Source: Candidatus Limnocylindrales bacterium (lineage in GTDB: Bacteria > Chloroflexota > Limnocylindria > Limnocylindrales > CSP1-4). From it: a DNA stretch of 41,700 bases. The notes beneath the pieces were generated by a model. The model had not been told where the DNA came from, did not search any database, and saw nothing but the letters and a program-made list of their open reading frames with translations. Each line of letters begins with the position of its first letter. Position 1 is the first letter of the stretch. Position numbers and translations under genes: made by a program. The DNA lies in the NCBI GenBank assembly GCA_046704485.1, contig JBJKRU010000338.1, positions 1-41,700 on the forward strand, written 5' to 3'. Of this stretch, positions 26,926 through 33,792 are shown piece by piece.

Positions 26926-27788
26926 GACGCCACCTGAAGGCGGCCCTGCGGAATAGCGTAGAAGCGGGCTGCCGTCCCACCCAGGATGGCCGCCCGGTCA
27001 TCTGGCGGCAGTTCATCGAACAGCAGGCTCAGCTGTTCCCACACGCGAAGGTAGCCGCCGGCGAGCACGGAGATCGGCCAGTCGCCGCCGAACATGAGCC
27101 GGTCTGGCCCGAACAGCTCGAGTGCGGTCTCGAGGTAGGGCCGGATGTCATCGGCGTTCCAGTCCCTCTGATCGCCGGCCGACGGGTAGAGCCCGGACAC
27201 CTTCGCGAAGACGAGCGGGTTCTCAGCCGCGGTTGCGATCAGCGTCCGCCACGGCTCAGCGCTCGGGGCCTTGATGGGCGGCTTGGACAGGTGGTCGATG
27301 ACCATCCGCAGGCGCGGGTGCCGCTCCGAGATGACGGGGACGTGTTCCAGGTGCCGGGGGAGGACCGACACGACGTCGAACGGTATACCAGCGTCCTCAA
27401 GGAGCCCGAGGCCCTCGTCGACGTCGGGACGCAGGAGCCAGTCGGGGTCCGGGCGAGTGTGGATCAGGTTCCTGATGCCCGCAAAGGCCGGCTCGTCGCG
27501 CAGTTCCGCCAGGAGCTGGGCTGCCCTGGCGGGCTGGTCGAGAGGAACCCACGCGACGACGGCGGCGATCTCCGGGTGCGCTCGCGAGACGTCGAGCATG
27601 TATCGAGTGTCGTCCCAGTTGTCTGCTGCCTGGACGAGAACGGTCCGCTGGACGCCAGTCGCCCTGAGGAGCGGCGCCAGCTCGTCGAACTCGATCGCGC
27701 GATTGATCGGGCTCAAGTCCTCGGTGAGCCAGTCATATGCCGCGCGGGCCGGATTCCAGAAGTGCTGATGGGCGTCAATCACCGTCAT
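26922..27788 (-). CDS. Amidohydrolase_2 (COG3618) family, L-fucono/L-rhamnono/L-galactono-1,5-lactonase-like
   Basis: MTVIDAHQHFWNP (HxH) and MVIDHLSKPP are present. I prefer the start at ATG 27788. The ORF-track start 27812 is a TTG lying inside the operator palindrome, only 13 nt downstream of the -10 hexamer. Confidence 0.8.
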   Translation of the reverse strand: MTVIDAHQHFWNPARAAYDWLTEDLSPINRAIEFDELAPLLRATGVQRTVLVQAADNWDDTRYMLDVSRAHPEIAAVVAWVPLDQPARAAQLLAELRDEPAFAGIRNLIHTRPDPDWLLRPDVDEGLGLLEDAGIPFDVVSVLPRHLEHVPVISERHPRLRMVIDHLSKPPIKAPSAEPWRTLIATAAENPLVFAKVSGLYPSAGDQRDWNADDIRPYLETALELFGPDRLMFGGDWPISVLAGGYLRVWEQLSLLFDELPPDDRAAILGGTAARFYAIPQGRLQVAS

Positions 27789-27806
27789 CGTCTGAGCCGA
27801 CCTCGC

Positions 27807-27822
27807 AGACAAACGTTTGCTC
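27807..27822. promoter_or_regulatory. Type-2 operator (AGACAAACGTTTGCTC; perfect core CAAACGTTTG)
   Basis: A 10-bp perfect palindrome at 27810-27819 sits immediately downstream of the candidate -10. It resembles PurR/GalR-class LacI-family boxes. Confidence 0.55.
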
Positions 27823-27824
27823 GA

Positions 27825-27854
27825 ACCCTAGCGCGCCATCCGTCAGGTTGTCAA
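27825..27854 (-). promoter_or_regulatory. Candidate promoter of the lactonase-dehydrogenase operon
   Basis: The minus strand reads TTGACA, an 18-nt spacer, then TAGGGT. Confidence 0.5.
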
Positions 27855-27894
27855 CGCACCCTTGGCCTGTCCAGGGCCGCGGTCGCGGGGGCTG

Positions 27895-29019
27895 TCAGGC
27901 TGGATGCGCTGGGTCCGGTTCCTGCGGGATGCGGGCGCGGGCCCACTCCGCCGCCGCTGACTTGACCTCCTGGGCGGCATCGGCTGCAGCGACCAGGATG
28001 ACGTCGCCCGCGTCCACGACGATCACGCCGTCTAGCCCGACCGTCACGATCGGGGTGCGGCCCGCGATCACCAGCGACTCGTGCGATCCGATGTCGCGCC
28101 GGGGCCCCCATCCCACCGTCCCAGGGGACCGGCATTGATCGGCGCTCCCACGAAGTGATCGTCGGGCCAACTCGTCGCGCAGCGCGGTCCAAGACCCGAG
28201 GTCGGACCAGCCCACATCAGCGCGCAGCACTGCCACTCACCCTTCGGCGGCGGCCGCCTCGAGTACCGCGTAGTCAACGGAATCGTCCTGAATCTGCGCG
28301 TAGGCGGCCGCGACGGCTGCCGGCCCAGCTGCCACGGCGGGTGCCAGGAGCCGCAGCAGGCCTGGCACGTACCGATCGAGCGCAGACCGGATGGCGTCCA
28401 CCCTCCAAGCGAAGATCCCGGCGTTCCAGGTGACGGCCGGCTCCTCAGCAAGAAGCCTCGATGCCGTGTCACGCGAGGGCTTCTCGACGAACCTGCGCAC
28501 GGCCCGTCCGCCGTGGGACCCGAGCGCGCCGGTGCCGGCCACGATGTAGCCATAGCCGGTCTCCGGCCCACCAGGCGTGATCCCCAGGGTGACGAGGGGC
28601 GGGTCCGACTGGTCGGGCCCGCCGGCGGCCGTGTCCACGGCCCGCCGCAGCACCTGCCGGAAGCCGTCCTCGTCGTCGACAACGTGGTCCGCGGGCAGGA
28701 CGAGCATCACCTCGTCGTCGGCACGGCCCAAGGCGAGTGCCGCATAGGCGATCGCTGCTGCCGTGTTGCGGCTGGCCGGTTCAGCGAGCAGCATGCCCGG
28801 GTCGAGCTCGGGCAGTTGTGCCCTGACGAGGTCTGCATACGCCGCATTCGCGACGACAGCCACGTCGCCCGGCTGGAGCAGGTCGGGGACCAAGCGATCC
28901 CACGTCATCTGCAGCAGCGAACGGTCACCCAAGAGAGGCAGGAACGGCTTCGGTCGCTCGGGGCGGGACAGCGGCCACAGCCGAGTGCCCCCACCGCCGG
29001 CGAGGATCACAGCGAACAC
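27895..29019 (-). pseudogene. manC: manC paralogue interrupted by one in-frame TGA (28237-28239) that is immediately followed by GTG
   Basis: ORFs 28237-29073 and 27895-28236 are contiguous and in the same frame. Joined, they are collinear with the gene at 1-1062: AAAEG*VAVLRADVGWSDLGSW versus AAADGRVVVLRAEVGWSDLGSW. The likely start is GTG 29019, with GGAGG 6 nt upstream. GC3-rich codon usage continues after the stop. Confidence 0.75.
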
Positions 29020-29066
29020 ATCGTGCCTCCGGATGCGGCGGCCGCGTTGCTGGCGCGGATCAGCGC

Positions 29067-29096
29067 TGGACAAACCTTTGTCCGGTTTGGTAGACT
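29067..29096 (+). promoter_or_regulatory. Candidate lutABC promoter
   Basis: TGGACA (29067-29072), an 18-nt spacer, then TAGACT (29091-29096). Confidence 0.4.
29068..29083. promoter_or_regulatory. Type-2-like perfect inverted repeat GGACAAA-CC-TTTGTCC
   Basis: 7+7 perfect dyad. It matches the 27807 site at 12 of 15 aligned positions (GACAAACsTTTG) and overlaps the -35 and spacer of the candidate lutA promoter. Confidence 0.5.
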
Positions 29097-29101
29097 GCTG
29101 C

Positions 29102-29115
29102 TGGTAACGATATCA
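29102..29115. promoter_or_regulatory. Type-1 operator (TGGTAACGATATCA) just downstream of the candidate lutA -10
   Basis: It fits TGnTAnCGnTAnCA and lies in the manC-paralogue / lutA divergent region. Confidence 0.55.
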
Positions 29116-29214
29116 GCGGCTCGAACCTGCTGGCAACCCCCGCCGGTGCACGGGGCTCGCGCCAGCCGGCTGCCGAGCCGAGCTCCACCCCGCTGTCGTG
29201 GAGGGTCGCTGATC

Positions 29215-29949
29215 GTGCGTTTGGCGCTCTTCGTCGCATGCTTCAACGATGCCCTGTTCCCGGAAGTCGGACGGGCGACCGTTCGGATCCTGGAGGCGCT
29301 CGGCCACGAGGTCATCTTCCCAGAGGCACAGACGTGCTGCGGGCAGGTCCACTTCAACACCGGGTACTGGGACGCCTGCGGTCCGCTGGTCCGCCGGTTC
29401 ACCGACGCCTTCGCCGAGTACGACGCGGTCGTCACGCCATCGGCATCGTGCGCCGCGATGGTTCGTCGCCATCACGGCACCGTCGCGCAGCACACCGGGG
29501 ATGCCGCACTCGAGGCGGCGGCCGCCGACCTTGCGCCGCGCGTCCACGAGCTCACCGAGTTCCTCCTCGACATCGATGGAGCCCCGGTTCCTGCCGAGCC
29601 ATTTCCACACGCGGTGGCGATCCACCCGACATGCCATTCGTCGCGCCTGCTTGCCATCGGGGACCGACCAGGCCGACTGCTAGCTGCCGTTCCCGAGTTG
29701 CGCCTCGTTGAACTGCCCGGCGCCGAGCAGTGCTGCGGGTTCGGCGGCACCTTCGCGATCAAGAACGAAGCGACCTCGGTCGCGATGGGGATCGACAAGG
29801 TGGCCTCGATCGAGGCAAGCGGGGCCGACGTGCTCACAGCCGCGGACACGTCATGCCTGATGCACATCGGCGGTCTGCTGAGCCGCAGGCGCTCGCGAGT
29901 CCGCGTCATGCACCTCGCCGAGATCCTGGCAGCGGGCCTCCCCGCATGA
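29215..29949 (+). CDS. lutA: L-lactate utilisation Fe-S oxidoreductase subunit LutA (YkgE-like)
   Basis: I place the start at GTG 29215, with an SD in GTGGAGGG upstream, rather than ORF-track 28513. Two CCG-type motifs are present (EAQTCCGQ and AEQCCGFGG). Confidence 0.9.
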   Translation: MRLALFVACFNDALFPEVGRATVRILEALGHEVIFPEAQTCCGQVHFNTGYWDACGPLVRRFTDAFAEYDAVVTPSASCAAMVRRHHGTVAQHTGDAALEAAAADLAPRVHELTEFLLDIDGAPVPAEPFPHAVAIHPTCHSSRLLAIGDRPGRLLAAVPELRLVELPGAEQCCGFGGTFAIKNEATSVAMGIDKVASIEASGADVLTAADTSCLMHIGGLLSRRRSRVRVMHLAEILAAGLPA

Positions 29950-31430
29950 CGCAGCGTCCCCTCCCCCCGCCGACGCCGCGGTTCGCCGGCACGCCGCCCT
30001 TCCCCGAAGCTGCGCGGACGGCGCTCTCCGACGAGCAGCTGCGGGCGAATCTGCTACGGGCGACGTCGACGATCCGCGCCAAGCGGGCGCGGGCAGTGGC
30101 CGAGCGTGACGACTGGGAGGGACTCCGCGCGGCCGGCGCGGCCGTGAAGGACGAGGCGCTCGCTCGGCTGCCGGACCTGCTCGAGCAGCTTGAGCAGAAC
30201 GTGACCGCTGCAGGCGGGACGGTCCACTGGGCACAGGACGCGGCCGAGGCGAACGCGATCGTGCTCGGGATCGTGCGCTCAACGGGCGCCGACGAGGTGG
30301 TCAAGGTCAAGAGCATGGCCACCCAGGAGATCGAACTGAACGAGGCGCTCGCCGCGGCAGGGATCGCCGCCTGGGAGACCGACCTGGCCGAACTCATCGT
30401 CCAGCTCGGAGGCGATCTCCCGAGCCACTTCCTCGTCCCGGCGATCCACCGCAACCGGGCCGAGATCCGCGAGATCTTCCTGCGCGAGATGGGACGCGCA
30501 GGTCAGCCCGCCCCTGACGGACTCAGCGATGAACCTGCGGCGCTCGCCGACGCCGCTCGCCTCCATCTCCGCGAGAAGTTCCTGCGGGCGAAGGTCGCGG
30601 TCTCCGGTGCGAACTTCGCCGTGGCCGAGACTGGCACCGTGATGGTGGTGGAATCGGAGGGCAACGGCCGGATGTGCCTGACCCTCCCGCAGACGCTGAT
30701 CACCGTCATGGGCATCGAGAAGGTCATCCCGAGGTGGCAGGACCTCGAGGTGTTCCTCCAGTTACTCCCGCGCTCGTCGACTGCCGAGCGGATGAACCCG
30801 TATACATCGATGTGGACTGGCGTCACGGCAGGCGATGGGCCAGCCTCATTCCACCTCGTCCTCCTCGACAACGGACGGACCTCTGCGCTCTCCGACCCGG
30901 TCGGGCGACAGGCCCTGCGGTGCATCAAGTGCAGCGCGTGCCTCAACGTCTGCCCGGTGTACGAGCGCACCGGCGGCCGTGCGTACGGATCTCCGTATGC
31001 CGGACCGATCGGCGCCATCCTCACGCCACAGCTCCGGGGCATCTCCCGCCACCCCGTCGATGCGCAGACCGCATCGCTGCCGTACGCATCGTCCCTCTGC
31101 GGGGCGTGCTTCGAGGTGTGCCCCGTGATGATCGACATCCCGCAGGTGCTCGTGCACCTCCGGGCCAAGGTCGTCGAGCAGCACGGATATCTCGCCGGGC
31201 TGACCCAGGAGGGAATGCTGATGCGCGGGCTCTCGGCGGCATTCGCCGGCCCGAGTCGACTCGACGCCGCTGAGCGGGTCGCCGCCGTCGGGTCGCGCGC
31301 CATCGCGCGGCGCGGCGTGGTCCGGCGAGTTCGGCTGCCAGGACTCGCGGGAGCGTGGTTCCGGGCGCGCGACTTGCGTCCCCTTGCGCACCCGTCCTTC
31401 CGGCGCTGGTGGCGGGCACGGTCCCGATGA
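29946..31430 (+). CDS. lutB: L-lactate utilisation iron-sulfur protein LutB (YkgF-like)
   Basis: ATG overlaps the lutA stop (ATGA). An LUD-type domain is followed by two ferredoxin-like Cys clusters (CIKCSACLNVCP and CGACFEVCP). Confidence 0.9.
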   Translation: MTQRPLPPPTPRFAGTPPFPEAARTALSDEQLRANLLRATSTIRAKRARAVAERDDWEGLRAAGAAVKDEALARLPDLLEQLEQNVTAAGGTVHWAQDAAEANAIVLGIVRSTGADEVVKVKSMATQEIELNEALAAAGIAAWETDLAELIVQLGGDLPSHFLVPAIHRNRAEIREIFLREMGRAGQPAPDGLSDEPAALADAARLHLREKFLRAKVAVSGANFAVAETGTVMVVESEGNGRMCLTLPQTLITVMGIEKVIPRWQDLEVFLQLLPRSSTAERMNPYTSMWTGVTAGDGPASFHLVLLDNGRTSALSDPVGRQALRCIKCSACLNVCPVYERTGGRAYGSPYAGPIGAILTPQLRGISRHPVDAQTASLPYASSLCGACFEVCPVMIDIPQVLVHLRAKVVEQHGYLAGLTQEGMLMRGLSAAFAGPSRLDAAERVAAVGSRAIARRGVVRRVRLPGLAGAWFRARDLRPLAHPSFRRWWRARSR

Positions 31431-32065
31431 GCGGCTCGCGCGAAGCGATCCTTGCTGCCGCCCGGCGTGCGCTTGCCGACCGGCCGGCCACCCCGCTGAT
31501 CCCCCGCGCGTACCGAAGTGCCGGCGACCCGGCTGGTGACGTGGTGGCTCTCTTCGCTGAGCGGGTCGCCGACTACCGGGCCGAGGTCCATGTCGTTGCC
31601 GAGCCAGATGTGGCGGATGCGGTCGCCGACATCCTCGCGGCGATCGGCGCGCGGAGGGTGGTGGTGGCGCCGGGCCTCGCGGAGCAGTGGCTGCCGGCTG
31701 GGCTCCCGGGTCAGCTTGCCGATGACCCGCCTCTCTCGAGCGCGGCGCTGGACGCGGTCGATGCCGTGTTGACCGGAAGTGCCGTCGCCATTGCCGAGAC
31801 GGGCACGATCGTGCTGGACGGGGGACCAGGACAGGGCAGGCGGGCGCTCACGCTCGTCCCGGACCATCACATCTGCATCGTGCCGTCAACGCGAGTGGTG
31901 GCCGATGTCCCCGACGCAATCGCCGCGCTCGATCCTCGTCGCCCGCTCACGTGGATCAGTGGTCCCTCGGCCACCAGCGACATCGAACTGGACCGCGTGG
32001 AGGGAGTCCACGGGCCGCGCCACCTCTACGTCCTGATCGCCACTGAACCCCAGGGGTCGGCGTGA
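31427..32065 (+). CDS. lutC: L-lactate utilisation protein LutC (YkgG-like)
   Basis: ATG overlaps the lutB stop (ATGA). It has an LUD domain pattern (LTGSAVAIAETGTIVL, SGPSATSDIE). Confidence 0.9.
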   Translation: MSGSREAILAAARRALADRPATPLIPRAYRSAGDPAGDVVALFAERVADYRAEVHVVAEPDVADAVADILAAIGARRVVVAPGLAEQWLPAGLPGQLADDPPLSSAALDAVDAVLTGSAVAIAETGTIVLDGGPGQGRRALTLVPDHHICIVPSTRVVADVPDAIAALDPRRPLTWISGPSATSDIELDRVEGVHGPRHLYVLIATEPQGSA

Positions 32066-32109
32066 CGGCTTGGTGATCTGCCCGAGCGCAACGGCACGGT
32101 GGGATAGCG

Positions 32110-32805
32110 TCAGCGAACGGCGCGGGTCGCGGAGAGCCCCAACGCCTGGCGGACCGCCGCCGGCACCGAAGTGAAGTCCGCCGCCACCGCGAACGCGCCG
32201 GCCTCGAGCAGCGCCGCGGCCGGCTGCGAGGACGTGATCCCGAGCACTGGGCATCCGGCGGCGCGCCCGGCGAGCACGCCGTTGCGCGCATCCTCGACCA
32301 CCAGGCACCGGGCCGGGGCCACGCGGAGCCGATCGGTGGCCTGGAGGAACGTCTCCGGGTCGGGCTTCTTGCGGTTGACCAGCTCAGCGGACACCACCAC
32401 GTCGAAGGTCGATATGGCGACGCCGATGGCCGCGAGGTTCCCCTCCAGCTTGGGTCGATCCGATCCGGTTGCCAGCGCAAGCCTGACGCCCGCGGCTCGC
32501 ACCGCCTCCAGGAACGAGACCACGCCCGGCAGCGGCCGCAGCGAGTCCCTGACCAGCTCGAGGTAGATGGCGTACGTCAGCGCCTTGTCCACCGCGAGGT
32601 CTGCGGTGATCCCGTGACGCTCGGCCGCGCCGGTGATGAAACGGTCGTCGCCGGCACCCACGAACGACGCGAAATCGTCATGGGTGGTCGAGATGCCATA
32701 ACGGCGGCGCAGCGCCTCCGCGGCGGCCGCCTCGATGAACGGCTCCGAGTCGCACAGCACGCCGTCCATGTCGAAGACCACGGCATCGAACGCGCGGACG
32801 GGCAT
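32110..32805 (-). CDS. HAD-superfamily subfamily IA hydrolase (beta-phosphoglucomutase / sugar-phosphatase-like)
   Basis: Motifs are VVFDMDGVLCDS (DxDG), LATGS and VVEDARNGVLAGRAAG. I place the start at ATG 32805. Confidence 0.85.
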   Translation of the reverse strand: MPVRAFDAVVFDMDGVLCDSEPFIEAAAAEALRRRYGISTTHDDFASFVGAGDDRFITGAAERHGITADLAVDKALTYAIYLELVRDSLRPLPGVVSFLEAVRAAGVRLALATGSDRPKLEGNLAAIGVAISTFDVVVSAELVNRKKPDPETFLQATDRLRVAPARCLVVEDARNGVLAGRAAGCPVLGITSSQPAAALLEAGAFAVAADFTSVPAAVRQALGLSATRAVR

Positions 32806-32830
32806 GCCGCGAACGTAGCACACGAACCGC

Positions 32831-32859
32831 TTGACACGAGGGCTGTCTTCTGTGAGTAT
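32831..32859 (+). promoter_or_regulatory. Candidate promoter of the DeoR regulator / rhamnose operon
   Basis: TTGACA (32831-32836), a 17-nt spacer ending in TGt, then GAGTAT (32854-32859). This has an extended -10-like TGnGAGTAT arrangement and lies in a locally A+T-richer stretch. Confidence 0.4.
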
Positions 32860-32868
32860 GCGAAATCA

Positions 32869-32885
32869 ATCGAAGGCGATCGAAG
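32869..32885 (+). repeat. Direct repeat ATCGAAG x2 at 10-bp register (a third partial AATCGA at 32896-32901)
   Basis: The sequence reads ATCGAAGgcgATCGAAG. It lies between the candidate promoter and the DeoR-family gene, and DeoR-type regulators commonly use direct repeats. Confidence 0.35.
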
Positions 32886-32928
32886 TTTCGTTTCCAATCG
32901 ATGTACTTCCGATAAGGAGTTCGCAACG

Positions 32929-33747
32929 ATCCCCTCGCCAGCCGATCCGGGAGCCGCGGTCTTCGCCCAGGAGCGGCAGGAGCGCATCGTCGCGCTCCTC
33001 GCGGAGCAGGGGCGCGTCCGCGTCACGGACCTCGCTGCCCGGTTCGGCGTCTCCACGGTGACCATCCGCAAGGACCTGGCCCTCCTCGAGGCTGAGGCGC
33101 GCCTCTCGCGAACGCACGGGGGCGCGATCGCGACGCGCGCCAGCGGCGCTGCCGAGCCCGACTTCGCCATTCGCGAGCGCCTGCAGTTCGACCAGAAGGT
33201 GGCGATCGGCGAGGCCGCCGGACGCCTGATCGAGGACGGCGAGAGCATCGCGTTCGACGCCAGCACGACCGCGCTGTATGTCGCGCGCCAGATCCTCGCC
33301 CTCGACTGGCACCACCTCACGGTGCTGACGAACAGCATCCGCATCGCGCTCGAGCTGGCGGGCAAGTCCGGCGTCACTGTCGTGATGCTCGGCGGCCGCG
33401 TCCGCTCGGAGGCGCTGTCCGTGGTGGGACCGCTCGGCGACGGCGTGTTCCGCCGCGTCAACGTGCAGAAGGCCTTCGTCGGCGCCATGGGCCTGCGGCT
33501 CGATGTCGGGCTCACGGACGCGATGGAGGAGGAAGCGCAGATCAAGCGCTCCATGGTGACCGCTGCCCGAGAGGTGTACGCCCTCGTGGACCACACGAAG
33601 TGGGGCCGGGCCGCCGCGGCCACGTTCTGCAAGATCGACGGGCTGACCGGCGTGGTCACCGACACCGGGGCGCCTGCCGACATGGTGGCCGAGCTGCGTC
33701 GCACCGGCGCGGTGGTCATCCTCGCCGGGACGGGCAGCGAGCGATGA
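32929..33747 (+). CDS. DeoR-family transcriptional regulator (start codon uncertain)
   Basis: HTH VRVTDLAARFGVSTVTIRKDLALLE is followed by a DeoR C-terminal sensor domain. No in-frame ATG, GTG or TTG lies between the promoter region and the HTH. AAGGAG (32914-32919) is followed 9 nt later by in-frame ATC at 32929. Confidence 0.75.
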   Translation: MPSPADPGAAVFAQERQERIVALLAEQGRVRVTDLAARFGVSTVTIRKDLALLEAEARLSRTHGGAIATRASGAAEPDFAIRERLQFDQKVAIGEAAGRLIEDGESIAFDASTTALYVARQILALDWHHLTVLTNSIRIALELAGKSGVTVVMLGGRVRSEALSVVGPLGDGVFRRVNVQKAFVGAMGLRLDVGLTDAMEEEAQIKRSMVTAAREVYALVDHTKWGRAAAATFCKIDGLTGVVTDTGAPADMVAELRRTGAVVILAGTGSER

Positions 33748-33792
33748 CGCCGCGGGACAGGCTCCATCGCCACCTCGAGGAGGTGTTCCGCC

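Noticed and set aside
20754-27788. Reading the RraA-like aldolase, Gfo/Idh/MocA dehydrogenase and amidohydrolase_2 genes as LigK/LigC/LigI of the protocatechuate 4,5-cleavage pathway, with the corrinoid system as an aryl O-demethylase
   Set aside because: The window has no extradiol dioxygenase (LigAB), LigJ hydratase or LigU isomerase genes. The amidohydrolase N-terminus (IDAHQHFW) looks like the sugar-lactonase subgroup. Regulators, transporter, mutarotases and operators all point to sugars. I keep it as an alternative to test, not as the call.
28237-28239. The TGA in the manC paralogue as a selenocysteine codon
   Set aside because: The position aligns with an Arg in the intact paralogue, not a catalytic Cys. 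I see no convincing SECIS-like hairpin immediately downstream, and this enzyme family is not known to use selenocysteine.
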